Of a stretch of 64,000 bases of DNA, positions 29,537 to 39,371 are shown one piece after another; the first letter of the stretch is position 1; every line of letters begins with the position of its first letter. Source of the stretch: a virus; IMG/VR virus record IMGVR_UViG_3300021962_007022, positions 4,245-68,244 of that record; one strand, given 5' to 3'. A program made the translations under genes and the position numbers. The notes under the pieces are model-generated. The model saw only the letters and a program-made list of their open reading frames with translations. It was not told the DNA's origin and ran no database searches.

Positions 29537-31575
29537 TGGCTTTACCAAAATTAGATAACACACAAATTGAAAAAAACCAGATAGTCATCATTCAAAAGAT
29601 TGATGCTCTTCATGCTGTGCTGGCTGATAAGATGGTTCCAGCTATAGAGAAAATGGCAGAGTCATCTATTGTTGAAAAGATGTTTCCGTTTGTTGTACAG
29701 ATTGCCGACAACATTTACAACATAGCTGGTAAGATGGAAGCCCAGGTTACTTCTCTTAAAGAAGTTCAGGATGCACTTAGTGCCCAAGCCAAAACTACAA
29801 TGGCAAATGAAGGGCAGCAGATAGAGGCCGCCAGAGAAGCAGGCAAGAAGCCAGAAGCAGAGAAAAAGGAAGTTAAGCAAAAGTCAGCTCTAGAGCGCTT
29901 CTTTGAATTCATGGAGAAAGTATTACTACCATTGGTTGGTGGTTTTATTATTGGATTATCAAAGGCACTTGGTGGTTTTGAATCCACATTTGGTAAGATT
30001 CTAACTATCTTTGCAGCACTATATGTTGGCCTGGCTGGGTTTAGAAAAACTGTCAATAATATAGTACTTCAGATTATTAAGTCATTACCTCAATTAGTTG
30101 GAATGATAAAAGGCGCATTCATGAGCCTTGTTAGTGGTATAAAGTCAGCAGGCGGTGGCTTTACTAAATCAATAGTTAATACATTCAGAGAACTTGTTGT
30201 AATGTCCTCTAAGACAGCTCAACAAATTACAGCTGTATTCCAGAACGTTGGCAAATTCTTCTCCGGAGCAGGAGCTAAGATTGCAGGGTTCTTTAAGGGT
30301 GGCACAATTGGTAAGGCAATCGATGTAGTAGTTGATTCCTTTAAAACAGTATTCAACTTGATTAGTAAGATTGGCAATGTTGGTAAGGTAACAGAAGGGG
30401 CTGCTAAGGCTGGCCAGTTCTTTGCCAAGACAGGTCAAATGTTTGCTAAGATTGGTAGACTACTAGGTCCTATTGGTGTTGTTATCTCAACCGTTATGGC
30501 TCTATTCCAAGGCATTCAAGGAGCGTTTAAGGGCTTTGATGAAGAGGGAGTGTTTGGTGCTATTAAGGGATTCACATCAGGCGTAATAACTGGACTCGTT
30601 GGTTGGATCGGAGACCTAGGCACATGGTTACTTGGTAAGCTTGTTTCCCTACTAGGGTTTGATGAGCTTGGAGATAAGATTGCTGCATTTGACTTTAGTG
30701 GACTGCTATCCCAGTTCATTAAAAATATGTTTGATACAGTGAAGCAAGCATTCACAGGATTCTTTGAAAGTATAACTGGAGCATTTGGTAAGATCTTCTC
30801 AGGCGAAGATATTATAGGAGGTATCCTAGAGTTACTTGGTGCAGTACCAATGTTGTTAATTGATATCATAACTGCCCCATTCAAATCCTTAGGTGATGCT
30901 CTAAAGGAATTATTTGATTTTGATATTGGTCAAATGGCTAAGAAACTTCTTGTCTCAATGTTCCCACCTGATACAATGATTGGTAAAGTAATTGGGACTG
31001 GTGAAATACAAGAAGAAGTTGCAGCTGCAGAAGCTAAGAAGGCTGATGAGAAGGCAAAAGACAATGCTGCAAAGGCAGAACAGGCAGTTAAGGCAGGAGA
31101 AACTAAGCCAGGTACTACTCCTGCTCCAGTAGTAAGAACGACTCCTCCTTCACAACAAGCACCAGCCCAAAGCACTCCAGCCACTGTACAAACATCACCA
31201 GCCCAGAGAAGTGCAGCCGTGCCAGTTCAAACAGCCACTGCAGCTAACCAACCAGCTGCTGTTGCAGCAGCTCCTGGGGCTGTGTCAAATGTTCAACCTG
31301 CACCTGCTCAAGCACCAGGCGCGACACCAGGTGCTCAACCAGCAATTGCTATGAGACCAGTACAAACAAGAACCCCTGGCCAGGCAATTAACACAGACTC
31401 ACAAAGAGTTGCTGCTGCCCAGGGTGGCGGCGGTGGTGGCGGCCAAACAAACATTGTTGCTCCTCAACAATCAATTATAAGTGCCCCACAAAGTCAAGTG
31501 GTCAATGCACCACTAAGCGCCTATGGCATCTTTGGTGGTAGAGTAAGTTACCCTCAAATGGCTGGTACATTCTAA
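29536..31575 (+). CDS. Tape-measure-like protein (gp29 position)
   Basis: 679 aa, helical Gly/Phe-rich amphipathic middle, Ala/Pro/Gln-rich C-terminus; follows gp51. Confidence 0.6.
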   Translation: MALPKLDNTQIEKNQIVIIQKIDALHAVLADKMVPAIEKMAESSIVEKMFPFVVQIADNIYNIAGKMEAQVTSLKEVQDALSAQAKTTMANEGQQIEAAREAGKKPEAEKKEVKQKSALERFFEFMEKVLLPLVGGFIIGLSKALGGFESTFGKILTIFAALYVGLAGFRKTVNNIVLQIIKSLPQLVGMIKGAFMSLVSGIKSAGGGFTKSIVNTFRELVVMSSKTAQQITAVFQNVGKFFSGAGAKIAGFFKGGTIGKAIDVVVDSFKTVFNLISKIGNVGKVTEGAAKAGQFFAKTGQMFAKIGRLLGPIGVVISTVMALFQGIQGAFKGFDEEGVFGAIKGFTSGVITGLVGWIGDLGTWLLGKLVSLLGFDELGDKIAAFDFSGLLSQFIKNMFDTVKQAFTGFFESITGAFGKIFSGEDIIGGILELLGAVPMLLIDIITAPFKSLGDALKELFDFDIGQMAKKLLVSMFPPDTMIGKVIGTGEIQEEVAAAEAKKADEKAKDNAAKAEQAVKAGETKPGTTPAPVVRTTPPSQQAPAQSTPATVQTSPAQRSAAVPVQTATAANQPAAVAAAPGAVSNVQPAPAQAPGATPGAQPAIAMRPVQTRTPGQAINTDSQRVAAAQGGGGGGGQTNIVAPQQSIISAPQSQVVNAPLSAYGIFGGRVSYPQMAGTF

Positions 31576-31603
31576 AAAGAAAGGGGCCAGTTTCCTGGCC
31601 CCT
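31574..31603 (-). terminator. Rho-independent terminator between convergent gp29-like and gp32
   Basis: AGGGGCCAG-TTTC-CTGGCCCCT hairpin followed by U-tract on minus strand. Confidence 0.8.
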
Positions 31604-31644
31604 CCATATCATCAATCGATGCGTCTACACGCTCACCAATGATA

Positions 31645-32562
31645 TTATTCTTCAGCTAACTTCTTAAAGAAATTTGGAAGATCATCTTCAGAGTCAGAAG
31701 GCGTGAATGCCTCATCATCAGAATTCCATGCTTCCTTCTCTTGCTTGGCTGGGGCTGCCTTAGGACGGTAGACAGGAGCCTCCTCTTCTTCCTCTTCAGT
31801 GGCACGAGTCATTGGAGCAGCGTGACCAAGGGACTTGGCCAAACGAGCACTCAAATCCTCATAGCCCTTGAACTCCTTCTTGTCAGTAAAGCTGGCAAGT
31901 GAATGCTCACTCTGCCAAATCTTCTCGAGCTTAGCATCATCATCAAGGAGTGCAGCAGGACTATCGAACTCAGACTTATCGTAGTTACGATAGCCTTCGA
32001 CCTTACGAATCTTCAACTTAAAGTCAGCGCCTTCCCACATATCGAAAGGATTGACTGCCTTCTCATCTTCAAACTCAGGATACATTGCGTTGTTGATCTT
32101 ATCATAGATCTTCTTGCCATACTTGTACAAGAATACCTTACCTTCGTTAGAGGGATTCGCTGGATCACGAACAACGTAGATATTAGAAATGAAATTTAGC
32201 TTTCGCTTACGCTCAGAAACAATCTTCTTATTGGAATCAACGCCACTGTTCCAGAGCTTAGTATTTTCTTCACAAGCAGGGCACTTCTCATTAAGGGTAG
32301 TTGGGCAGTTCTCAATGAACCAGCCACCTGGACCCTTAAAGCCATGTGAAAAGACTCGTACGAAAGGATTGTCTTCGCCAGCAGGTGCTGGAAGGAAACG
32401 AATAACGGCGAAACCGTTACCAGCTTGGTCTACTCCAGGCTGCCAGAAACGATTGTCCTCGTTACTGCCACCCTGCTTCTCGTTGAGCTTCTCGACAGCC
32501 TTTGCTAGCTTATCGAAGTCACTCTTACGACCTTGCTTCAATTGATTAAATGAACTTGCCAT
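31645..32562 (-). CDS. gp32: Single-stranded DNA-binding protein gp32
   Basis: DNRFWQP, GNGFAVIRFLPAP, HGFKGPGGWFIENCPTT, YGKKIYDKI, NYDKSEF, acidic tail; GGAG RBS before 32562. Confidence 0.96.
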   Translation of the reverse strand: MASSFNQLKQGRKSDFDKLAKAVEKLNEKQGGSNEDNRFWQPGVDQAGNGFAVIRFLPAPAGEDNPFVRVFSHGFKGPGGWFIENCPTTLNEKCPACEENTKLWNSGVDSNKKIVSERKRKLNFISNIYVVRDPANPSNEGKVFLYKYGKKIYDKINNAMYPEFEDEKAVNPFDMWEGADFKLKIRKVEGYRNYDKSEFDSPAALLDDDAKLEKIWQSEHSLASFTDKKEFKGYEDLSARLAKSLGHAAPMTRATEEEEEEAPVYRPKAAPAKQEKEAWNSDDEAFTPSDSEDDLPNFFKKLAEE

Positions 32563-32640
32563 ATGTATTCTCCGTATTAAATGTATTAGTGTATAGAACG
32601 TATTCACAAACAATCATCATATACACTATTTATCTTACCT

Positions 32641-33225
32641 CTATAACTCAAAATAGTCAACAGTTATTTTCTTAGTTTTTTGTTTGTCAAACCTAACGAA
32701 TGGTTTGTACTTTACGAGCTTGTTATGTTCAACTGGCCATACTGCTGGGTCCAGAATCTCCTTTTCCCAATAAGGGAAGAAGTTCAATTGGGAATTTAGC
32801 AAGATTACGGTTTCTGGATAAATAGTAGTCCCAATAAGAAGTTTTAGCAGCTTTGGATGTTGACCATCAACCACCCTCAGCGATTCGTCTATATCGTTAG
32901 GTAACTTCTTTAGGTCTTCCTGGAATGTATAGGATATAGAGTCCTGTCTTTTCTTCCAACGAAGATAGACGTCCTCACTCATTTCAGCGTTTACTATGTC
33001 TCCGATCCACGCATTAGGATCATCAACAAAGTTAGATACAAGAAGACCAATAGGATCACTATGTTTCTGAAGCTTCGAAAAGAAATACTTGTCCTTACGA
33101 ACTTCAAAAGCAGTGAACTGAACTTTGACTTTGCCATTGTATTTAAAAAAGTCGTAACTAGTATGAAAGTGATTCTTGATCGCTACGTAAAGTTGATACG
33201 CTTCGTACGGACTTTGCAGTTGCAT
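32641..33225 (-). CDS. gp59: Helicase loader gp59
   Basis: YQLYVAIKNHF...YDFFKYNGK, RKDKYFFSKL, PETVILLN, KYKPF; upstream of gp32. Confidence 0.88.
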   Translation of the reverse strand: MQLQSPYEAYQLYVAIKNHFHTSYDFFKYNGKVKVQFTAFEVRKDKYFFSKLQKHSDPIGLLVSNFVDDPNAWIGDIVNAEMSEDVYLRWKKRQDSISYTFQEDLKKLPNDIDESLRVVDGQHPKLLKLLIGTTIYPETVILLNSQLNFFPYWEKEILDPAVWPVEHNKLVKYKPFVRFDKQKTKKITVDYFEL

Positions 33226-33784
33226 CTGTATACCACTTAGGAGGAGTTGTGAATCGCCAGCGAGCAAACTTTGACTTGCTACCAACGTAAAAGTTTCTAT
33301 AAGCCTTTACGGGGTCTGGGTCTTTATATTCATCTGGCATTGCCTGAACAAATTTATGATTGCCAAGTAACCTTGAACCAGTTGTAAAGTTTGGTATGTT
33401 CAATGGAGCACCAACGTTCACAAGGTATTCAACTATACTATGGCAAGCATGAATCTTTTTGTAACGCTTCGTATACTCAAAGCTCAAAGCAGCTGTATGG
33501 CTCATTAACCATTCGTAATGAATGATATCTTCTCTAATCCAAATGTTACATGGATGTTTAAAGTGAACTGCATGGTAAAGAACTTTATCTCTACCATCAG
33601 CTAAACGATAACGAGGAACATTCCGCTTACCAGAGTTAGAAGGGGCAATCTCCATCTTGCCATCTAACACCCTATGGCAAGTTGATAGCATTTGAACACT
33701 CTCGGTGACCATCTTAACAACATGCTGGTCGCATAGCATCTCGGCTGCAACAACAGGGTTACGGTCTACAATAAAAATGTTCAT
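33158..33784 (-). CDS. Pyrimidine-dimer DNA glycosylase-like (DenV/Pyr_excise family) protein
   Basis: MNIFIVD...CDQHVVKM, HPCNIW, EYTKRYKKIH, QAMPDEYK...AYRNFY. Confidence 0.7.
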   Translation of the reverse strand: MNIFIVDRNPVVAAEMLCDQHVVKMVTESVQMLSTCHRVLDGKMEIAPSNSGKRNVPRYRLADGRDKVLYHAVHFKHPCNIWIREDIIHYEWLMSHTAALSFEYTKRYKKIHACHSIVEYLVNVGAPLNIPNFTTGSRLLGNHKFVQAMPDEYKDPDPVKAYRNFYVGSKSKFARWRFTTPPKWYTDATAKSVRSVSTLRSDQESLSY

Positions 33785-33790
33785 GAAGGT

Positions 33791-33819
33791 ATTATACTAT
33801 ACTTCTTTAGGAATGGCAA
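33791..33819 (-). promoter_or_regulatory. sigma70-type promoter, leaderless
   Basis: TTGCCA-N17-TATAAT then 6 nt then ATG at 33784, no SD. Confidence 0.7.
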
Positions 33820-34336
33820 ATCCAAATTGGTAGACAATTCTGTTTTCGGGTCCAGCTATTGGTAATGTATAGTGAAGATTGTTAGTTGCACTGAATGACC
33901 AAGCATCACCCTTTCCAATATCATAGGATATGTTTTCAATAACTGGATTATACGATACGTCTGTTCCTCTGTCAACTACAATATTGAATCTATAATTAAT
34001 CATATGTTTCCAATTTGGGTCTGAGTAGATGTCTCTATGCTTGTGAATAAAACCACCTGGCTCAATGTAGGAAATTATGAATCCCAATCGAGGGTCAATA
34101 CGGGCATCAGGTAGACCTAATGTGGAGAGGATTCGTAAGTGCAAACTATGAATTTCTTTTGTGTAGTATGCACCATTGAGGTCTGCTTGTGGATTTCTTT
34201 TTAATACCAAAATCCATCTCTTAGAGTAGGTGTGATTTGGCCAGAAGCGTCCGTCCTTAAAGTTATTGTCTGCATACTCTTTAAGATGCAGCCTCTCCTC
34301 TTCGGTGATAAAGTTTCTGTATATCTTAACTTCCAT
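33797..34336 (-). CDS. 2OG-Fe(II) oxygenase-like protein
   Basis: GGFIHKHRD (HxD), LHYT, RIVYQFGF. Confidence 0.7.
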   Translation of the reverse strand: MEVKIYRNFITEEERLHLKEYADNNFKDGRFWPNHTYSKRWILVLKRNPQADLNGAYYTKEIHSLHLRILSTLGLPDARIDPRLGFIISYIEPGGFIHKHRDIYSDPNWKHMINYRFNIVVDRGTDVSYNPVIENISYDIGKGDAWSFSATNNLHYTLPIAGPENRIVYQFGFAIPKEV

Positions 34337-34604
34337 TTGTCTGTTGAACTAGTTGCCTTTGTGAATCAGGGAACATGTGGTCTATTGTTCTATCCTTCTC
34401 CCCCCAATATTCTTCAATCGCTTTCTTAGCAAATTCAAGTTCAATGTACTGACCAAGATGTAAATCTTCATTTGCATTTATAGGAATCTTGGCACCCCAA
34501 ACAATAGTGTGCGCAAGATTATATGCCTGCCCAATTACTAACCCATTATGTTTCTGGAAATAGTAATGACAGTTCTTTTCAACATAACGCCAATCACGTC
34601 TCAT
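34326..34604 (-). CDS. Hypothetical protein
   Basis: ORF in tightly packed minus-strand run. Confidence 0.55.
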   Translation of the reverse strand: MRRDWRYVEKNCHYYFQKHNGLVIGQAYNLAHTIVWGAKIPINANEDLHLGQYIELEFAKKAIEEYWGEKDRTIDHMFPDSQRQLVQQTNGS

Positions 34605-34606
34605 AA

Positions 34607-35095
34607 TTAATCCCAAAGGTTCTCGTAGTACTTGCCAAACAAACGAAAGGCATTTTTCTTTCGATCATGATATGCTTTCATCTTTTCCATATCATAAACT
34701 GGCTCGACAAGAGTCACTCTTTCACTAAAGTCTTCACCTTCTTTCTGCACCCATTTGTACTTGCCTTTCTTGATACAGAAGTTTGGATCACGATCTTTGA
34801 CAAGTTCACCAAATGCCCAGATCATCTCTCTCATGATCCAGTCCCAACGCTTGAAATGGTTGGAGTCTGTATCCCATTCATTCTTCTTTGGTTTGGCATT
34901 TGTAGAACGAATGTTCTCTGGCACATCGTCATCATCAGTGTAAGGAGCACCGTGATTAGTCTTGTGCAACTGCTTGAGCATCGGATGAATAATGAGCGCA
35001 AGTGTACGATCCATAGACCAAGTGTCCCATGGATCAATACGAACAGAGACTTTCTGCTCGCCCTTCTTCGGATACTTGCCGATAGAAATTTTCAT
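34607..35095 (-). CDS. Conserved phage hypothetical protein
   Basis: IDPWDTWSMDRTLALII.PML, RWDWIMREMIWAF, LFGKYYENLWD. Confidence 0.65.
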   Translation of the reverse strand: MKISIGKYPKKGEQKVSVRIDPWDTWSMDRTLALIIHPMLKQLHKTNHGAPYTDDDDVPENIRSTNAKPKKNEWDTDSNHFKRWDWIMREMIWAFGELVKDRDPNFCIKKGKYKWVQKEGEDFSERVTLVEPVYDMEKMKAYHDRKKNAFRLFGKYYENLWD

Positions 35096-35355
35096 GTGAA
35101 TATTACTCTCAGTATTCCACCAAACAAAACAACACCAATGACACCATTAAGAATCATTAGCGCTCTATCATTCCATTTGAATCCAACGAAGAACCAACCA
35201 CAAGCACCAATCCAACTACAGACAAGATCAATCCATTGAAATTGGATCAGACCACTTGCCCTCACTGTAATACCAACGAGTGTAATTAGGCTGGCGGTCC
35301 ACTTGACATACCAAGTAATATCATACTTGGGTGTAACTGAATTTACTTTTGTCAT
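35092..35355 (-). CDS. Small three-helix membrane protein
   Basis: DITWYVKWTAS..., GWFFVGFKWNDRALMILN; hydrophobic segments. Confidence 0.65.
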   Translation of the reverse strand: MTKVNSVTPKYDITWYVKWTASLITLVGITVRASGLIQFQWIDLVCSWIGACGWFFVGFKWNDRALMILNGVIGVVLFGGILRVIFT

Positions 35356-35444
35356 TAACTCTTCTTACGACGAGCCTTGCGCTTCTTGGAACCTAGCTTA
35401 GCACGACCCTTACCGTAACCCTTTGTACCTGTTTTTGCTGGCAT
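35355..35444 (-). CDS. 29-aa very basic peptide MPAKTGTKGYGKGRAKLGSKKRKARRKKS (not in ORF track)
   Basis: Fills the gap exactly; AAGGA RBS; stop overlaps next ATG (TAATG); high-expression codons. Confidence 0.65.
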   Translation of the reverse strand: MPAKTGTKGYGKGRAKLGSKKRKARRKKS

Positions 35445-35445
35445 G

Positions 35446-35853
35446 TTAATAATCCTTTGTTTTGTATGAAGAATATTCTTTGGCAACTCCATTAGCATCA
35501 TACTCGACCCAACTTCCAACACCGAAGTTGGTGACTTCTGGATCAGGCCAGTCGTTAGGCCAGTTGGGATTCACAGACTTTACACTGCCATTAGTTGCTT
35601 GCTGATAGGCTCGCGATTCGGCTTCCTCTTCACTAATCATTGTATCAAAAGATTGATCGTGCTTGAAATCATTAACTACATCAAGACGATCATCAATATC
35701 AAAACAATAACCACAGGCCTTCATAAAGTTCATGAACTCCTCAAGAACCTGAGGTACAGTTGCATCTTGCTTGTCAAGATTCACTGTAACATCTTTACCA
35801 TTACAACGATACGTGAAAGTAAAGTGTGAATAACTACTATCAAACAAACTCAT
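35446..35853 (-). CDS. Hypothetical protein
   Basis: VLEEFMNFMKACGYCF motif; ATGA coupling. Confidence 0.6.
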   Translation of the reverse strand: MSLFDSSYSHFTFTYRCNGKDVTVNLDKQDATVPQVLEEFMNFMKACGYCFDIDDRLDVVNDFKHDQSFDTMISEEEAESRAYQQATNGSVKSVNPNWPNDWPDPEVTNFGVGSWVEYDANGVAKEYSSYKTKDY

Positions 35854-36086
35854 AATTCCTTCTCCCGTCTCATTTGTTCTTTCTCAACAGCAGCCATCAT
35901 TCTGTTCTCATCGAACTTTAGTTGCTCTGTTGCTTCTCTGATTGCATTTAGGAGGCATGCCACTTGAATTTCAACTTTGGCATCGGCCTTGTTTTTATGG
36001 ATTGCCATCAAGGCCTCAGCGCAAACTTTAGATAGTTCACATGCCTCGAGCATCATGTATTGTAATGTTTGTTGTCTTGAATCCAT
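35850..36086 (-). CDS. Hypothetical helical protein
   Basis: ORF directly downstream of tRNA. Confidence 0.5.
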   Translation of the reverse strand: MDSRQQTLQYMMLEACELSKVCAEALMAIHKNKADAKVEIQVACLLNAIREATEQLKFDENRMMAAVEKEQMRREKEL

Positions 36087-36096
36087 AATATTATAT

Positions 36097-36172
36097 TGGT
36101 GGGCCCACTAGGATTTGAACCTAGAATCAAAGGATTATGAGTCCTCTGCATTAACCGTTATGCTATAGGCCC
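36097..36172 (-). tRNA. tRNA anticodon CAT, probably Ile2 (lysidine type)
   Basis: GGGCCTATAGC...CTCATAA...TTCAAAT...GGGCCCACCA cloverleaf; acceptor resembles Ile2. Confidence 0.85.
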
Positions 36173-36178
36173 TTTTGT

Positions 36179-36517
36179 TTAGGACCTTTGGAATATTCGA
36201 GCAAACCAACTCTTCTTTGGTTCCTCAACTACTTCTGTAACAGGATCTTCAACCACAGGGTCTTCAATAACATCTGTATTGACATCCATCTCGATTACCA
36301 TATCCTGGAGTGTGAAGAAGCCGCCTTGGGTCTTCAAAGTTTCTGCTCTTGTTTTAGCATCCATGAAGTCACGATACTGACCTTCAACACTCCAGAAATT
36401 GAAAAACCACTTCTTAGAGCGATACTCAACGTGCCACGCTCCATCACGGAAGCGCACACGAACCTTATTGATAGGTTTGAGTACTAACTCTTTACCGAAG
36501 TAGTCAATCGTGTTCAT
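36179..36517 (-). CDS. Hypothetical protein
   Basis: ORF with ATGA coupling. Confidence 0.55.
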   Translation of the reverse strand: MNTIDYFGKELVLKPINKVRVRFRDGAWHVEYRSKKWFFNFWSVEGQYRDFMDAKTRAETLKTQGGFFTLQDMVIEMDVNTDVIEDPVVEDPVTEVVEEPKKSWFARIFQRS

Positions 36518-36723
36518 TCACTAGTCTCATCAATATTCTGACCGACAGCCATTGTACCACGCTTGTTATAATAAGCACGATGGTGGCGATGAGCCTCGAC
36601 CCATAGTTGCTTCAATGAGCTGTACTCGTTATTGTCTTTAATCCAACCATACGCACGCTCCATAGCGAGCATACGCTTGAACTGACGAGGAAGGTCAGCT
36701 TGGAAATCACTTCTATTAGCCAT
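36514..36723 (-). CDS. Hypothetical protein (start MANRS)
   Basis: GAGG RBS upstream of 36723. Confidence 0.55.
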   Translation of the reverse strand: MANRSDFQADLPRQFKRMLAMERAYGWIKDNNEYSSLKQLWVEAHRHHRAYYNKRGTMAVGQNIDETSE

Positions 36724-36886
36724 TGTCAACCTCTGGTGCCTGAGCCTGCAACTGTTGCTGGGCCTGGGCGGTAACTTTACCAATCAAATTCATAGAAACC
36801 TTAGCTGGGAGTTCGGCAAGTGCAGAGAGCACAAGATTCAACTCATCCACGGTAAGGGCAACATTCAATACCTTTTCGTTAGACAT
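36716..36886 (-). CDS. 56-aa protein MSNEKVLNVALTVDELNLVLSALAELPAK... (not in ORF track)
   Basis: GAGG RBS; downstream of promoter at 36916-36944. Confidence 0.65.
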   Translation of the reverse strand: MSNEKVLNVALTVDELNLVLSALAELPAKVSMNLIGKVTAQAQQQLQAQAPEVDNG

Positions 36887-36915
36887 TAATTTACCTCAAG
36901 TAGAAATATTTATCA

Positions 36916-36944
36916 CTATACAATATGTATATAGAAAACTCAAC
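36916..36944 (-). promoter_or_regulatory. sigma70-type promoter
   Basis: TTGAGT-N17-TATAGT in intergenic gap after ligase. Confidence 0.55.
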
Positions 36945-36946
36945 AG

Positions 36947-38272
36947 TTATTTGACACTCTTCGAATCATCAGCCACATTCTTATCGTTCCTCACTTCAAG
37001 GAACACAGGGAGGAACAAGCTGCTAACACCAGTTCTAGTATCTACAATACGACCATTATATTTGATAGCAATGACCTTACCAATAACTTTGTTAGTGATA
37101 ACATCTCTATCGTGGTCAGTAAATCCAGTGCCGACGTTTACCTTAATCGCACCGTCGGACGACTCGAGAACCAGGGCACCTAAGCGACCGGCATTCTTAC
37201 CAGTGCCCTCGACCCAATCGACGCACATCAGATCGCACTCGAGTTCACCTTTAAACTTGATCTGGTGTTTGGCACGCTTGTCCTCCCAATGAGCGAGGAA
37301 ATCTTTTAATATGATACCTTCTTGACCTTCACTTAACATCTCTTCGAATACCTCTTGGGCCTGTTGAATGTTATCCACATTCTTATTCCAGACCTTATGA
37401 ACCTTGCCAACCCGGAATTCTGTCTTCTCATATGCTGCATTATCCATAGAAGCGAACAATGAGTTCAGACGCATGCGGTATGGCATTGTACAAGTGCCAG
37501 TTAAGAAGTCAGCGTACGGAATCCAATCCCAAACAGTAGCATGGATCAAAGCAGCATCACCAAGTGTCAATGTGCCCTTTTGAGCCTTTGATAGGATGCC
37601 ATTACCAACCTGTCTTGCCATGAACTGCATCGAGTCAGTATCCATGACATTGAGTTCGCCATCAAAGACGACCTCATCGTTGCCAGCAATGGCTAAGAAC
37701 TCTTGCTCAAGCTGACCAAGAAGGTTTAGCAATTTACCATTACGCGAACGGAACTCAACAGTCCCCCTCTTGACGATAGCATTGAACCTCATACCATCCA
37801 ACTTTAGCTGGACGTTAGCTGGCCATGTGATCTTGTTGACGAGTTTCTCCTCGTAACCAGAAGCCAACATGCAAGGATATGTTGGAACAAGGTTAGGCCA
37901 AATCTTGTTGACAGTAGCCTCTGATACTCCACAGCGAAGATCCTTTTCGATCACTCGCTCAACTACACGAGCATCTTCTGGCTCAACTTCTTCTAACAGT
38001 TTTGTCAGGAACTCGATACCAGCATTACCTGTTACCTGTCTTGAGGATAGTGAATACAAACTATCAAGAGCCTGTTGCAGAGTAGTATAGGGACCAATTC
38101 CTGTCTTATACTTCGGAATCTTCCTAATGTAGAAGTTAGTGAATGGGTCAAGCGCCAAGAAACATGCCCATCTAAGAACAGCATTGTTCTTGTTCTCTGT
38201 TAGGATAGCCTCCTTCTCTAGACGAGAGGAGGTGGCAGCCAACTCATTGAAAATTTTATCAATCATTACCAA
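36947..38272 (-). CDS. gp30: ATP-dependent DNA ligase
   Basis: QLKLDGMR (KxDG adenylation), VFDGEL, EGIILKD, KFK, VNVGTGF, SLFLPVF. Confidence 0.94.
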   Translation of the reverse strand: MVMIDKIFNELAATSSRLEKEAILTENKNNAVLRWACFLALDPFTNFYIRKIPKYKTGIGPYTTLQQALDSLYSLSSRQVTGNAGIEFLTKLLEEVEPEDARVVERVIEKDLRCGVSEATVNKIWPNLVPTYPCMLASGYEEKLVNKITWPANVQLKLDGMRFNAIVKRGTVEFRSRNGKLLNLLGQLEQEFLAIAGNDEVVFDGELNVMDTDSMQFMARQVGNGILSKAQKGTLTLGDAALIHATVWDWIPYADFLTGTCTMPYRMRLNSLFASMDNAAYEKTEFRVGKVHKVWNKNVDNIQQAQEVFEEMLSEGQEGIILKDFLAHWEDKRAKHQIKFKGELECDLMCVDWVEGTGKNAGRLGALVLESSDGAIKVNVGTGFTDHDRDVITNKVIGKVIAIKYNGRIVDTRTGVSSLFLPVFLEVRNDKNVADDSKSVK

Positions 38273-38721
38273 ATGTCCGCTTCAGGTTCTTCACGAATGC
38301 CATATTCAACACCTATCTGGAGAAGCGTACGGCGATCACATACCTTGTAATAATCCAACAATTCGAAGTATTTGTCAACAAAATCTTCATCATGGTCATC
38401 ATAGCCAAGTGCATGAACCATTTCGTGGATCAGTACATACTTCTTACGTTCAGAGCGAGCAAGTTCTACTCGTTCGCCATCGCAATAAGAATAATACCGA
38501 CCATTATACTTAGTTCCTTTGCCGGCCACAACAGTAGGCATTGGTTTAACTTTGTCACCATGGTAGTGACCAGTATATCCAGCTTCCTTCCAAATGTCAT
38601 ATGCAAGTTCCTGTAGTACCTTGATTGAAAGGTTTGGTTCACCACGGAACCATTCCTTCTCAAACTTGTACAGACGACGAGTGTCGAGTGTACGCTTACG
38701 TTGGCTCTTAGTAATGTTCAT
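38266..38721 (-). CDS. HExxH zinc-metallopeptidase-like protein
   Basis: VLIHEMVHALGY..H...F motif. Confidence 0.6.
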   Translation of the reverse strand: MNITKSQRKRTLDTRRLYKFEKEWFRGEPNLSIKVLQELAYDIWKEAGYTGHYHGDKVKPMPTVVAGKGTKYNGRYYSYCDGERVELARSERKKYVLIHEMVHALGYDDHDEDFVDKYFELLDYYKVCDRRTLLQIGVEYGIREEPEADIW

Positions 38722-38929
38722 CTCCTAACCAAACCTCTTCTGGTTCATTGGTAAGATCATCATAGCTGACAACATCAGCATCGGTCATATCCCAATCATA
38801 CTCACGATTGAAGTATGCCTCAAGTTCTCGTTCACTCAAGAACGGATACTTAACAAGGACCTCATCACAAGTAGCACCCTGAGAGATCATGTCGTTAATT
38901 TCAATATCAAGTTCACTTAAAAAGCCCAT
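38708..38929 (-). CDS. Hypothetical acidic protein
   Basis: Coupled ORF in early cluster. Confidence 0.55.
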   Translation of the reverse strand: MGFLSELDIEINDMISQGATCDEVLVKYPFLSERELEAYFNREYDWDMTDADVVSYDDLTNEPEEVWLGDEHY

Positions 38930-39120
38930 TATGCAGCCCTCTGTTTGTTAGTAGCAATTCGTTCAAGTATCCGATCACGGAATTTCGGACTCCGGTCCAT
39001 CTCCATGGCAAGCATGCTTTGGAGATAACCAACAGCATACATTGGTCCACCCTGCTTCAAGAGAAGGTCGGTGAACATCTTAGCAAGATTAGAATTCAAT
39101 TCAGTTTGCTTTGCAGACAT
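38929..39120 (-). CDS. Hypothetical protein
   Basis: TAATG coupling. Confidence 0.55.
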   Translation of the reverse strand: MSAKQTELNSNLAKMFTDLLLKQGGPMYAVGYLQSMLAMEMDRSPKFRDRILERIATNKQRAA

Positions 39121-39371
39121 TAAAGTACTCCTAGTGTCTTACGGACTTCGTCCAACTGCTCTTTCGTAAATTTCTCAGAGTTGAAATTTGGACCAGAAAA
39201 GTAATACTTACTCCAAGCGTTATAGAGGGTAAGATGGTCTTCCGACATTTTAGAAAGACTCACAATCTGACTCTGGACACTTTCACCAGCCCGCCAAACA
39301 CGACCATCGTCTGAGTAGTTGTAGTACCAGTCATGGCCCCTCAACAGCTTATCATATTCGTTTAGCGTCAT
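39120..39371 (-). CDS. Hypothetical phage protein (HDWYYNYSDD motif)
   Basis: TAATG coupling. Confidence 0.6.
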   Translation of the reverse strand: MTLNEYDKLLRGHDWYYNYSDDGRVWRAGESVQSQIVSLSKMSEDHLTLYNAWSKYYFSGPNFNSEKFTKEQLDEVRKTLGVL

